The notes under the pieces are model-generated. The model saw only the letters and a list, made by a program, of their open reading frames with translations. It made no database searches and was not told the DNA's origin. DNA of 64,000 bases, from positions 1,248,001 to 1,312,000 of the forward strand of contig CAWBOS010000012.1 in the NCBI GenBank assembly GCA_963790475.1, read 5' to 3'. Position numbers and translations under genes: made by a program. Origin of the DNA: an uncultured delta proteobacterium. Lineage in GTDB: Bacteria > Desulfobacterota > RBG-13-43-22. Every line of letters begins with the position of its first letter. Position 1 is the stretch's first letter. Positions 40,285-50,054 of this stretch are shown piece after piece.

Positions 40285-41472
40285 TTATTGCCCGGCCTCA
40301 GCCGTCCGGCCTTTCCCATCTTTCCAGAAAGGAGAGATCTCCCTGAGGCGTTGGATGATCGGCGGAAGATGCTCCAGGACATAATCGATCTCTTCCTCGG
40401 TATTATAAATGCTGAGGCTGAAGCGAATGGAACCGTGAGCGGCGGTAAAAGGCACGCCCATGGCCCGGAGCACATGAGAGGGTTCCAGGGATCCGGAAGT
40501 GCAGGCCGATCCTGAGGAAGCACAGACCCCCAGATTACTCAGTAGCATGAGGATCGATTCTCCTTCCACATACTCAAAGCTGACACTCAGGGTATTACCC
40601 AGTCTTTCTTTTTGATGTCCGTTGATCAACACCCTGGGAATGGTGTCCAGAATCCCTCGTTCTAATTTATCCCGCAGGGCCCGGACCCGATTATTCTCTT
40701 CGGTCATATTTTTTTGGGCCAGCTCGCAGGCCTTTCCCAGTCCGATGATATAGGGTACGTTTTCAGTCCCTCCGCGACGTCCTCTTTCCTGGTGTCCTCC
40801 GATAATAAAAGGAGTGAACCGGGTCCCTTTGCGGATATAAAGGACCCCGATGCCTTTCGGGGCGTGAAGCTTATGACCGGAAAAGGACAGAAGGTCGATC
40901 GGGACCCGGGACAGATCGATAGGGAGTTTACCCACGGCCTGGACGGCATCGGTATGAAAGACCACCCCCCGGGCCTTGACCAGCCGGGCAACTTCCTCAA
41001 TCGGAAAAAGGACCCCGGTTTCATTATTGGCCCACATGATGCTGACCAGGGCCGTTTCCTCGGTGATGGCCGAGTTCAAAAGATCGGGATCCAGGCGGCC
41101 TTCCCGGTCTACCGGCAGTGAGGTCACTTTATAGCCTTTTTTGATAAGATAGGCGGCCAGGTTTCCGACCGCGGGATGCTCCACCCGAGTGGTAATGATA
41201 TGGTTTTTTTGAGGATAGGAATTCAAAGTGCCCCAGATAGCCGCATTGTCGCTCTCGGTGCCGCAGCTGGTGAAGACGATTTCGGCGGGATCGGCCTGGA
41301 TCAGGGCCGCCACCTGTTCCCTGGCCTGCTGCACCGGTTTGGCCAACTGCCCCCCAAAAGAATGCATGCTGGAGGGATTGCCGTAAAGGTCCGTGAAATA
41401 AGGCAGCATGGCCTCGACCACTTCGGGGGCCGTCCGGGTCGTGGCATTATTGTCCATATAAACTACCCTCAT
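40285..41472 (-). CDS. nifS: Cysteine desulfurase NifS
   Basis: YMDNNATT, GNPSS, HTDAVQ, SGHKLHAPKG, SSGSACTS; adjacent to nifU. Confidence 0.95.
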   Translation of the reverse strand: MRVVYMDNNATTRTAPEVVEAMLPYFTDLYGNPSSMHSFGGQLAKPVQQAREQVAALIQADPAEIVFTSCGTESDNAAIWGTLNSYPQKNHIITTRVEHPAVGNLAAYLIKKGYKVTSLPVDREGRLDPDLLNSAITEETALVSIMWANNETGVLFPIEEVARLVKARGVVFHTDAVQAVGKLPIDLSRVPIDLLSFSGHKLHAPKGIGVLYIRKGTRFTPFIIGGHQERGRRGGTENVPYIIGLGKACELAQKNMTEENNRVRALRDKLERGILDTIPRVLINGHQKERLGNTLSVSFEYVEGESILMLLSNLGVCASSGSACTSGSLEPSHVLRAMGVPFTAAHGSIRFSLSIYNTEEEIDYVLEHLPPIIQRLREISPFWKDGKGRTAEAGQ

Positions 41473-42317
41473 ATCTTGACCTCCTCTACAAAGATTTCCG
41501 GGGAAACAAACTCCTTGAATTTGGTCTCCACATATTGTTTCAAGGTCACCTCCGCGGCCCGGCAGGAAGAACAGGCCCCCCGGAGGGAGACCAGGACCTT
41601 GTTGCCTTCGATATCGATCAGATCAATATCCCCTCCGTCGGCCTTGAGGGCCGGTCTGATCTCCCGTTCCAAAGTCTCTTCAATCAGTTTCATTTTTCGA
41701 AGGTTGGTCAGCGGCGCAGGCCTGGAAACGGCCGGAGTCTCGATGGGGCTTTTTTCTTCTTTGAGTATCCGGTTCAGGATGGCTTCGATCTTGTCATGGC
41801 AGGATTCACAGCCCCCCCCGGCTTTGGTGTAATTGGTCACTTCTTCGCGGGTCTTGAGGTTGTTCTGCCGGATAACCCGTTCGATTTCCTTATCGGTCAC
41901 TCCAAAGCACTCGCAGACCAATTCCCCTTCTTCCACCTTGGGAACGGGCTGGCCGCGATAATTGGCAATGGCAGCGGATAGGGCCTGCTCTCCCAAGACC
42001 GAACAATGCATCTTTTCCTTAGGCAAGCCTCCCAAAAAGGCGGCAATATCTTTATTGGTGATTTTTTCGGCCTCTTCCAGGGTCTTCCCTTTTATCAATT
42101 CCGTCAAAGCCGATGAAGAAGCAATGGCACTGGCGCAGCCGAAAGTCTGGAACTTGGCCTCCTGGATCCGTTTTTGTTCATCCAACTTGAAAGTCAGCCG
42201 CAGGGCATCCCCGCAGGCCAGGGAACCCACCTCGCCGACTCCATCCGGGTTCTCCACTTCCCCGATATTTTGGGGGTTTTCAAAATATTCTTTCACTTTA
42301 TCCGTATATTCCCACAT
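41469..42317 (-). CDS. nifU: Fe-S cluster assembly scaffold NifU (three-domain)
   Basis: ACGD, FGCASAIAS, KMHCS; CECF...GGGCESC; GACSSC Nfu domain. Confidence 0.95.
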   Translation of the reverse strand: MWEYTDKVKEYFENPQNIGEVENPDGVGEVGSLACGDALRLTFKLDEQKRIQEAKFQTFGCASAIASSSALTELIKGKTLEEAEKITNKDIAAFLGGLPKEKMHCSVLGEQALSAAIANYRGQPVPKVEEGELVCECFGVTDKEIERVIRQNNLKTREEVTNYTKAGGGCESCHDKIEAILNRILKEEKSPIETPAVSRPAPLTNLRKMKLIEETLEREIRPALKADGGDIDLIDIEGNKVLVSLRGACSSCRAAEVTLKQYVETKFKEFVSPEIFVEEVKI

Positions 42318-42342
42318 GACTGAGCCTCACTTTTTAAAAAAA

Positions 42343-42458
42343 GGTTTCAAGGTTTCTATGGTTCAAGGGTTCAAGTAAAATGACTCGAAAGTCAAAATCC
42401 CTTAACGCCCGAATCTCGGGACCTGCTTTTTGTTTCGCCGAACGCTGAACGCTGAACA
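42343..42458. repeat. Intergenic 8-mer and 7-mer short tandem repeats
   Basis: ggtttcaa ggtttcta tggttcaa gggttcaa; cgccgaa cgctgaa cgctgaa. Confidence 0.55.
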
Positions 42459-42464
42459 TTTTTA

Positions 42465-42866
42465 TTAATGTTCCCCCTGTACCAATTCAATCAAAATCCC
42501 GTTGGTCCCTTTGGGGTGCAGGAAGGCGACCCTGGTTTGATGGGCCCCGGGCCGGGCCTGTTGATCGATCAAGGGGACCCCTTTGGCCTTCAATTCTTCG
42601 AGAGCCTGGTCGATATCCTCCACTTCCAAAGCAATATGGTGAATGCCCTCTCCCCTTTTTTCGATAAATTTTTTCATGACCCCGTCGGGTTCGGTGGATT
42701 GGACCAGTTCGAGATTGGTCTCTCCCACCGGCAGGAAAACGGTTTTAAGTTCTCCCACGCATTCTTCCCCGGTAACAGGCAGGCCAAGCATTTCTTGAAA
42801 CAGGGACTTGGCTTTATCAGCGTCTATTACACCAACCCCGATATGAGCGATCCGTTTGATCTTCAT
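42465..42866 (-). CDS. mce: Methylmalonyl-CoA epimerase (VOC family)
   Basis: HIGVGV, LELVQ, KFIEKRGEGIHHIALEV, AFLHPKGTNGILIEL. Confidence 0.88.
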   Translation of the reverse strand: MKIKRIAHIGVGVIDADKAKSLFQEMLGLPVTGEECVGELKTVFLPVGETNLELVQSTEPDGVMKKFIEKRGEGIHHIALEVEDIDQALEELKAKGVPLIDQQARPGAHQTRVAFLHPKGTNGILIELVQGEH

Positions 42867-43032
42867 AAGATAAAACCTCCCGTCTTTTTATTCCCTTATA
42901 GCTAATTTTTCTTTATATTTCAAGTGAAAAGCCAGGAATTAGAAAGCGCCTGTCTGTAAAGGAAATCAATAAGGCGGTTTAGAGTGAAAAAAACAAAAAA
43001 TGTATCAATATAGCTGTATGAAAAAGCCTAAT

Positions 43033-43109
43033 AAATCCCTCCCGACCTCCCTTTGAGAAAGGGAGGGGTCAAGCTTCCCCCTTTGGAAAAGGGGGATTGA
43101 TGGGGATTT
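43033..43109. repeat. REP-like double-hairpin palindrome
   Basis: aaatccct...cctccctttgagaaagggagg...tccccctttggaaaaggggga...ggggattt. Confidence 0.7.
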
Positions 43110-43244
43110 AGCCCTTGGAATCATTGAAGTCAGAATTATTTTTCCTTTTTTTCAACACGATAATTTGTTACCAAAAAATAAGATTGCTTTTATCCTGAAA
43201 AAATTGAATTATTTCTAAAATTTCCGATCATAAAACTCAATATT

Positions 43245-43523
43245 ATGAAAATAAAAGCCTTGTTTCACGGAATATTGGCCGACTGGATTGGCTTGGGTGA
43301 AGTGGAATTTACCTTGCCAAAGGAAGCGACCCTGGCTGACCTTCTGTTCGAGATCCGCAAAAACTACGGTTCTAATATGCCTCCCCAACTGGGGATGAAA
43401 GAGCAGGCGGATTTTGATCAGGCCTTTTGGATGGTCAGAGGCTCAGAACAGGTCAAAGAGTCGGAAGAAAAGTTAACCGACGGCGAAGAAATTCGATTTT
43501 TTTTGCCCCTGTCCGGTGGATAA
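43245..43523 (+). CDS. MoaD/ThiS family protein
   Basis: 92 aa ending in FFLPLSGG. Confidence 0.8.
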   Translation: MKIKALFHGILADWIGLGEVEFTLPKEATLADLLFEIRKNYGSNMPPQLGMKEQADFDQAFWMVRGSEQVKESEEKLTDGEEIRFFLPLSGG

Positions 43524-43738
43524 AAGTGGATAACAGTGAGAAAGGGATATTATCCGACTATAAAAATATTACAAATTTAAGCAGTTACGTTTTAGGGAAG
43601 TTTCTATTTTGTTGAAAAGGCAAAAACTGTTTGTTATTATCCAGAAACTGTTCAATAACTTTTTAGATAGCTGCTGTTGGTCCGGCGTCCAAATAAGTGG
43701 GGATGACCAGTCATAGTTTTCGTTTTTGGAACACATCA

Positions 43739-44599
43739 ATGAACCGGAAGAACGCTCTTTTTGTCTTTCAAGTTGCGGTAGTGGTGCTACTGGTTGCCCT
43801 TGTGGATGCCGTACCGGCAGCCGCGCAATCGCCGGCTCCAGAGCAATCAAAGTCTACTCAACCCAAAGACACCGATGATGAGGATCTGATCAATCCTGAT
43901 CGGCCCGGTATCGCCGATGGTAGCATGGTCATTGGTGCTAAAAGGCTTCAGATTGAGAGCGGCATTCAAGCAGAATACCGCCATCAGAACGGGAGTAGTG
44001 AGTACACACTCTTTTTCCCGACCTTGCTGCGCATCGGCCTCAGTGGCCGTTGGGAAGCGCGTATTGAAGGTAACACCTTTACCTGGAAGAGTGATTTTGA
44101 TGATACGACTAATCAAGTCTCTGGGCTGGCACCTCTCTCATTGGGCCTCAAATACCACATTGCAGACTCAGAGGGAGTGCATCGTCCTTCGATGGGTGCT
44201 ATTGTTCGCCTCTTTCCAGCGTCGGGGACGAGCGACTTTCGCACGAACCACGTCACAGGCGATCTGCGGTTGGTCGCTGACTGGGACTTCGCGCCCAAGT
44301 TATCACTCAACCCTAATGTAGGAGTGGGAGTGTATGAGGATGGTCAGGGGGAGGTATTTGTTGCCGGGCTGTTTGCGCTGACCTTGAACTATCTTCCCAG
44401 CAAAAAGCTGAACCCGTTTATTGATTTTGGTCTACAGGCCCCTGAAGAAAAAAATGGGAAAGCCTCCGTTATTGTGGATACGGGGGTGGCTTACATCGTG
44501 GGGCGTAACGTTCAGCTTGATTTCAGCGTGGGCACCGGGGTGCAGGGGGAGACGCCACCGCATCCGTTCGTATCATTCGGTGTGAGCTTGAGGTTCTAA
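43739..44599 (+). CDS. Outer-membrane beta-barrel transporter (MetA/phenol-pathway-like)
   Basis: Signal peptide, INPDRPG motif, LQIESG, alternating beta-strands, C-terminal Phe (GVSLRF). Confidence 0.8.
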   Translation: MNRKNALFVFQVAVVVLLVALVDAVPAAAQSPAPEQSKSTQPKDTDDEDLINPDRPGIADGSMVIGAKRLQIESGIQAEYRHQNGSSEYTLFFPTLLRIGLSGRWEARIEGNTFTWKSDFDDTTNQVSGLAPLSLGLKYHIADSEGVHRPSMGAIVRLFPASGTSDFRTNHVTGDLRLVADWDFAPKLSLNPNVGVGVYEDGQGEVFVAGLFALTLNYLPSKKLNPFIDFGLQAPEEKNGKASVIVDTGVAYIVGRNVQLDFSVGTGVQGETPPHPFVSFGVSLRF

Positions 44600-44688
44600 T
44601 GCCAGCGGACGAAGGAAATAGGAAGGAAGATGCAGGAAAGGAGTGACAAGGTGTTAGAAGAGGGATCCTTGCTTTATCAAGATCAATC

Positions 44689-45615
44689 ATGAGAAAAATT
44701 TTCTATCAAAGATTTCTTTTTCTGGCTGGCATTTGGCTCTGTGGATTTTTTTTCCCTCCCATGGAATTATGGGCTGACGGGGCGTATTCTTATCATTTTC
44801 CGGACCCCAAACTCGTTCTGGATTCCAAGGCAGATACGGTCATCGGCCTTTTGGGCGAATATACCATTAAAGAAAAAGACACCTTGTTGGACGTGGCCCG
44901 GGATAATGATCTTGGATTTAACGAGATGGAGAGCTTATACCCAGATATTGATCCCTGGCTACCGGCCGTGGGAACAAGGCTCATTATTCCCAGTCAATGG
45001 GTCCTACCGCAAACCCGGGGGATTGGTATTGTAATCAATATCCCCGAAATGCGACTATATTATTTTTTAAGTTCCATAAGGATGGTTCGAACCTATCCCA
45101 TCGGAATCGGGGACGAGGGGTGGTTCAGCCCTGAAGGGACCTTCTACATCACCGAAAAAAGAAAGAATCCTGCCTGGTATATTCCAGAGTCTCTTCAGGA
45201 AAAATATCAGATGAAGGTCATGCCTCCCGGGCCGGATAATCCCTTGGGGGACTACTGGCTGGGCTTGTCTATTCCAGAATACGGGATTCATGGAACTAAT
45301 ATCCCTTGGGCCATCGGTCGGTTGGTAACGCACGGCTGTATCCGTCTTTATCCTGTGGATATAGAGAAATTGTTTTTTATGGTACCAGTTAAGACGCCGG
45401 TCGAGTTTATTTATGAACCAGTCAAGGTGGGTTGGAAAAAAGGAAGGATCTTTGTGGAAGTCCATCCCGATGTCTATCATAAGATATCCGACTTCAACGA
45501 TTATGGGTTAAATAAAATAAGGTCATTGGGATTGACCGAACGGGTAAACACCGGTTTACTGCTGAAAGTCTTGGGAGAAAAACAAGGTATCCCGGTCGAT
45601 GTAACCAAAGATTAA
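44689..45615 (+). CDS. L,D-transpeptidase (ErfK/YbiS/YcfS-like)
   Basis: LysM-like DTLLDVAR...DPWLP; INIPEMRLYY, YPIGIG, PPGPDNPLG, YGIHGTN...THGCIRL. Confidence 0.93.
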   Translation: MRKIFYQRFLFLAGIWLCGFFFPPMELWADGAYSYHFPDPKLVLDSKADTVIGLLGEYTIKEKDTLLDVARDNDLGFNEMESLYPDIDPWLPAVGTRLIIPSQWVLPQTRGIGIVINIPEMRLYYFLSSIRMVRTYPIGIGDEGWFSPEGTFYITEKRKNPAWYIPESLQEKYQMKVMPPGPDNPLGDYWLGLSIPEYGIHGTNIPWAIGRLVTHGCIRLYPVDIEKLFFMVPVKTPVEFIYEPVKVGWKKGRIFVEVHPDVYHKISDFNDYGLNKIRSLGLTERVNTGLLLKVLGEKQGIPVDVTKD

Positions 45616-45789
45616 ATTTGCTATTCTTTCCCTTGATCCGTGATAATTTTGAAGACCAATCTTGAGAACTTCATCATCTGCTTTCTTTCAATTTGTTAAA
45701 ATCTTTGGTGGGATTGCTTTTCCCTCCTTTTATTCCTTTTAGGGATTCAAAGGTCAGTAAGTATTTAGAAAGAAGAAGGTTATTAGAAT

Positions 45790-45826
45790 AAAAAAAGGCC
45801 GAGAAACCGTCACCGGTCTCTCGGCC
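45790..45826 (-). terminator. Intrinsic terminator of the lipoprotein gene
   Basis: ggccgaga...tctcggcc stem followed by a U-tract on the minus strand. Confidence 0.75.
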
Positions 45827-45856
45827 AACCTGAAGAAAGAGAGTGAATAAGATTGG

Positions 45857-46216
45857 TTATTTTTTCATTTTTTTCATAAAAATAGATTCCGCTTTGTCTG
45901 CAGCCGCTTCGGCCTTGACAGCGGCATTTTCTGCTTTCTCCGCCGCCTTTTCCGCTATGGTAGCCGACTCTTCGGCCTTGTTGCCAGCGATTTCTGCCTT
46001 TTGTGCTGAAAGGTCCGCCTTCGTGGCCGCAGCCTCTGCCTTGTTGGCCGCCGATTCCACTCTTTGCATTAACGATTCTATTTTTTTCTCATCAAAGGCC
46101 GGAGCGGGGGTCGCTACCGCTTCTTTAGTAGTAGAACATCCCGAACTGAAAGCCAATAAAAAGACGAGAATCATTAAAGCTGCCATGAATTTCAGGACTT
46201 GTTTTCTTGAAGCCAT
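45857..46216 (-). CDS. Lpp/OprI-like alanine-zipper lipoprotein
   Basis: RBS GGAGGTG; lipobox-like SSGC; heptad Ala repeats (AANKAEAAATKAD...); C-terminal MKKMKK. Confidence 0.8.
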   Translation of the reverse strand: MASRKQVLKFMAALMILVFLLAFSSGCSTTKEAVATPAPAFDEKKIESLMQRVESAANKAEAAATKADLSAQKAEIAGNKAEESATIAEKAAEKAENAAVKAEAAADKAESIFMKKMKK

Positions 46217-46546
46217 TTTTTTTCACCTCCTTTCCATATTACATTAAAATTAAATCAAAAAAATCTTCTTGATTCGGTCGCAATCAATGGCTTACTTACC
46301 TAATTAATCTAAATGCATGATTTTGGCCGTTTTATTCATGTTCCCCCCTTCCCTTAAGAGAAAAATGCTCTAAAGTCCTGGCAATTAATCCCCTTTCATT
46401 AAAATAAGTTGCCTATTTGGTCTAAAATTTAACGATGAAATTAAAGGATGGGAATAAAGGAAACTAAGTATTTTAAATAGAAAAACCCTGTATTTTTAGA
46501 AGGACTGTTTATCGAGAAGTCGCCAGAGATCCGTAGCAACGGCTAG

Positions 46547-48529
46547 CCCATCTTCCGCAGTTAGAAAGCATGGAAGACGCGATATCAAATAGTTACGACA
46601 AGAATTAGGGCATTTTCTTCACTACATTTTCAATAATTTTTGGTTTGTTGGGGAGCAGAATTTTCAATCTCTGAAGCAGCACTTTGAGTTCCTTTGAGGG
46701 AGTAGCCACCATTCTGAGCCGGAGGGTTCTCTCCCGCGCCGGTAGTAGCACATCCAAAGATTTCAATTCCCGCAACTCCTCCAACAGCTTTCTTGGGGCG
46801 GTACCGAGTCCCGAGGCTTTCATCCATTGCTGGAGCGTTCGCCACATAGTCAGCGCCAAGAAGCAGACCAGGATATGAGCCTGGGTCCGTTCCTGTTTTT
46901 GATGGAAGATCGGTCGCATTCCCAGATCATGTTTCTCGGTACGGAATGAATCTTCCACTTCCGTCAGTTGGATGTAGGTATTCCATAGGACTTTCGGGTC
47001 ACTTTCGGTCCAGTTGGTGCGCAGGATGTAGCTACCGCCGGTCTCCAAGGCCCACTGTTGCCGTTGTTCGTTCTTCTTGACTTCTAGGGAAAGCGGTGCG
47101 TCTTTTCCGGTACCGGTCTCTATGACTGTAATATTGAACAACGAGGCCGCACGTTTATTTTGTTCCAGCAGTCGCCCTATTCTCCGCTCGACTTTCTGCT
47201 TGTCTCGGAGCTTGCCGGTTTCGGCCTGGCGGGCCAGGTGATCCAGTTGGCTTTCCAGTCGGGTCAAAAAGTGGTTTAGAATGGCGTTTTCTTTCTCCTT
47301 CCGGCCTTGAGACCGGCACAGGACAAAGATTTCATCCGTTCCTTCCGGCGAGCAACAGAGCTTGACCTCAACATCAGGTTGGACCGCTTCCCAGTTCTGT
47401 TCGAAAAGCTGCTGCTCAAACTTCTTCAGCATCACTTTTGGGGTGCCGACCAAATAGCGGGCACCGACTTTGCGCATAAACTCCAGATTCTCCTCACTCA
47501 CCATGCCGCGATCCATAACCCAGATCCGGTTGGCTTGGCCGTATTTGGCCTCCATCATCTGAACCATCTCTTGGGTCGTCGTAACATCCGGTCGATTGCC
47601 GTCAAAAACCTCAAAGGCTATGGGAAAGCCCTCTCGGGTGGCCACCAGGCCGATGCAGACCTGGGGACAATCTGGACGACTGTCCCGGCTGTAACCCCTC
47701 TTGGCCTGGGCATTGCCCTTGGCGGTCCCCTCAAAATAGGTGGAGGTTATGTCATAAAACAAAAAATCAAAGCTACTGCCGAACAGTTCCCCATAACGCT
47801 CCTGAAGGTGACGGCTTAAGGCATCCTTGTGGGGAAGCAAGGCATCCAGGGCACGATAAAGCCGATCCTCATTGATCTTATAGTCGGCCACTCCCAGCAG
47901 ATCGTCTAAGGCCGTCTGGCCATACCAAAACTCGGCCATCTGTAATTCCGACGATGGGGCGCAAAAGCGTCCAAGAACTAAAATAGACGCCATGATCGAC
48001 CAAGGAATCTCTTCCCGGTTGGAAGGAATATGATCTCGGCAGAACCTGGCAAGCCCCAGTTTGTTCCACAAAAGCAACCCCAAATAGACATCGCCGAAGC
48101 CTCTGAGTCGCTCGACGCTTACGCCATGGATATTGACCGTGGCCCAAGATGGGGGGTCTTCCCCCTGCTCAAACAGTTCAGGTCCAGGTAGAGGCTTTCC
48201 GGAAAGAATCCGTCCGATCTCCTCCCAACCTATCCGCTCTTCCCGATCAAGGCCAGGAAGTTTCCCTATCGTCGCCACTACTCGCTGACGGGGCCCTCGG
48301 GCAGTACGGACCGACTCAACTAAAAGCCAGCTCTCGTACTCCGCTCCACCTTTCTTTTTGGTCGCACGCCGGAGATACATAACCCCATTATCTCCGTTCC
48401 CACAGCACCTGGCAAGGGGGTGGTCTTCACTACATCCAATTTTCAAAGATCAGGACTTGAAATCATTTAACAATTCCTAACAATTCATCACGTTTTTCTT
48501 GATTTTTTCTCCAAACTGCGGAAGATGGG
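46547..48529 (-). mobile_element. Complete IS1634-family insertion sequence
   Basis: 16-bp perfect terminal inverted repeats cccatcttccgcagtt / aactgcggaagatggg; CTAG on both flanks (46543-46546 and 48530-48533). Confidence 0.9.
46605..48380 (-). CDS. IS1634-family DDE transposase
   Basis: LVESVRTARGPRQR, FYDITSTYFEG, GYSRDSRPD, VMDRG, YIQLTEVEDSFRTEK, RPIFHQ, AHILVCFLA. Confidence 0.93.
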   Translation of the reverse strand: MYLRRATKKKGGAEYESWLLVESVRTARGPRQRVVATIGKLPGLDREERIGWEEIGRILSGKPLPGPELFEQGEDPPSWATVNIHGVSVERLRGFGDVYLGLLLWNKLGLARFCRDHIPSNREEIPWSIMASILVLGRFCAPSSELQMAEFWYGQTALDDLLGVADYKINEDRLYRALDALLPHKDALSRHLQERYGELFGSSFDFLFYDITSTYFEGTAKGNAQAKRGYSRDSRPDCPQVCIGLVATREGFPIAFEVFDGNRPDVTTTQEMVQMMEAKYGQANRIWVMDRGMVSEENLEFMRKVGARYLVGTPKVMLKKFEQQLFEQNWEAVQPDVEVKLCCSPEGTDEIFVLCRSQGRKEKENAILNHFLTRLESQLDHLARQAETGKLRDKQKVERRIGRLLEQNKRAASLFNITVIETGTGKDAPLSLEVKKNEQRQQWALETGGSYILRTNWTESDPKVLWNTYIQLTEVEDSFRTEKHDLGMRPIFHQKQERTQAHILVCFLALTMWRTLQQWMKASGLGTAPRKLLEELRELKSLDVLLPARERTLRLRMVATPSKELKVLLQRLKILLPNKPKIIENVVKKMP

Positions 48530-48749
48530 CTAGCTTTCCATCCGGGGCTATTAACTTCAACCCGTGACAAAATGTCGCAATTTCACTCCCTTCTTCTCTA
48601 AGCCTTTGTTTTAACTTTCTCCAGTATGCTCCAGCATCCGCGCTTTCAGTCAAGGCAGCACATACATCGACAATAGAAAAACACCACTCATTGTTATGCA
48701 ATAGCTTCCTGATTTCCCTACCCCTGAAAACCGCTATATGAGATTCCAT
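48530..48749 (-). pseudogene. BRO-N domain gene truncated at the IS
   Basis: RBS AGGAG; MESHIAVFRGREIRK...EWCFSIVDV...YWRKLKQRL...LKLIAPDGKL, then IS sequence. Confidence 0.8.
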
Positions 48750-48793
48750 ACTATCTCCTTATGATGGTTTGGCTCGTACCATTCATATCCGCC

Positions 48794-49309
48794 TCACGTT
48801 ATACTTACCCTGTTCTTTGAAGTGTTCGTGCTCTCCGTGGTGAGAACAATCTGTTCCGTGGCAAATGACACCGGTGCATCAGGAAGAGAGTCATGGCCTT
48901 CTACAAAGTCTGCCACCTCTTCTTGCCTGATAAAAAGTTCGAGTGCTTCATCGCCAATAATTAGACGTAGCGCATCGTCCCTATTTTCTTTCAATCCTGC
49001 TAACACCGGAGCAGATGGAATACAGGTTTTGCGTCCGAGCCAGATTCCCCATACGGGATTGGTCATAGCATCGGTAATCTTTTTAAGCAATGACTTAGCT
49101 CCCTCCAGGAGAACACCAAAGGATGCATCGGTGAGGTACTGCCGATGCGTGATGTGGCAATCCTTGCTTTTCCCCTCTGCTGTCTTCGTGTTCCGGACGG
49201 TGTGATAGTCTTGGAGGCGTCGAACCGGCAACTCCTTCCTGATTGCTTTTCTTGGAATGGCAATAGCGGTCATCTGCGTTGTAGCTTGATCATATTCATA
49301 CACCATCAA
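48794..49309 (-). pseudogene. cas5: Orphan internal fragment of type I-E Cas5 (Cas5e/CasD)
   Basis: LQDYHTV, ITHRQYLTDASF, NPVWGIWLGRKTCIPSAPV, D-PVSF; the N-terminal QSWG/PTKS segment is absent. Confidence 0.8.
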
Positions 49310-49399
49310 ACTGCCAACATCATGTCAGTCTGATTTAACACAAAAATCATCCGATCTCTGTGTAGGATTCCGGAAAGCAAAGCTACATCTCAACCGGAT

Positions 49400-49433
49400 A
49401 AAAAAAGCCCTCCTCCAACAATTGGAAAAGGGC
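49400..49433 (-). terminator. Intrinsic terminator
   Basis: Minus strand GCCCUUUUCCAA-UUG-UUGGAGGAGGGC, a 12-bp stem with G-U pairs, followed by U7. Confidence 0.75.
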
Positions 49434-49508
49434 CTTTGATCTTCATCTTATCCTCCCTGGGGTAGGGGTTAAAGACAAAAAGAAAAGAAAATTTAACAAG
49501 ATAGTGGG

Positions 49509-49537
49509 AAAATACCACAGGGTCTGCCGATTGTCAA
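49509..49537 (-). promoter_or_regulatory. Sigma70-type promoter
   Basis: Minus strand TTGACA-N17-TATTTT with an extended TG. Confidence 0.55.
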
Positions 49538-50054
49538 CGGCTGGTAAAAGCCATACTTGGTCCTCCCAATCGAAATCACTCGAAATAGAATCGGGCCGCG
49601 ACAACTGATTAGAATAAGATAGCAATAACAGAGGAGTGGGACTTTTTTTAGGTCTATTCTGCAATTTTTAGGCCCCAAATAACAGCGTTTGAGAAATACA
49701 TCAAAGAAAACAGGGCTATGTTTTTCTTTTTCATCGTGCGATGCTCTGAAAGGAAAGCGATGAGGATAATATGATTTTTACCCATTACCGCTCAAAGCAT
49801 ATTTGGGTAGGGATTTAACCTCCACCTTTGGACAAAACTCTGGGGCGAGAAGACACTACTGACTCATATTAGCGTCATCGAGGAAACACCAGGTCAATAC
49901 AGCGGTCCTTATCCCTTCTTTGACGTGGTTTCGCCAAAGTAGGACAATTTGAGGACAGGTCTACGTTTTAATTCAGGAGATTTCTGGATAAGGGAGTTTT
50001 CCCGGGCAGGGCATTTAGAAAAGGGGCAAAGCGGAACCGGGGGTGTTCATTTGA

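Noticed and set aside
40285-42317. Nitrogen fixation locus
   Set aside because: nifU-nifS alone is a general Fe-S assembly system in many anaerobes; nifHDK are not in the window.
46304-46339. Short RBS-preceded ORF MNKTAKIMHLD upstream of the lipoprotein gene
   Set aside because: Too short to support, with no attenuator structure evident.
48750-50050. CRISPR array near the cas5 fragment
   Set aside because: No regularly spaced 25-40 bp direct repeats were seen here or elsewhere in the window.
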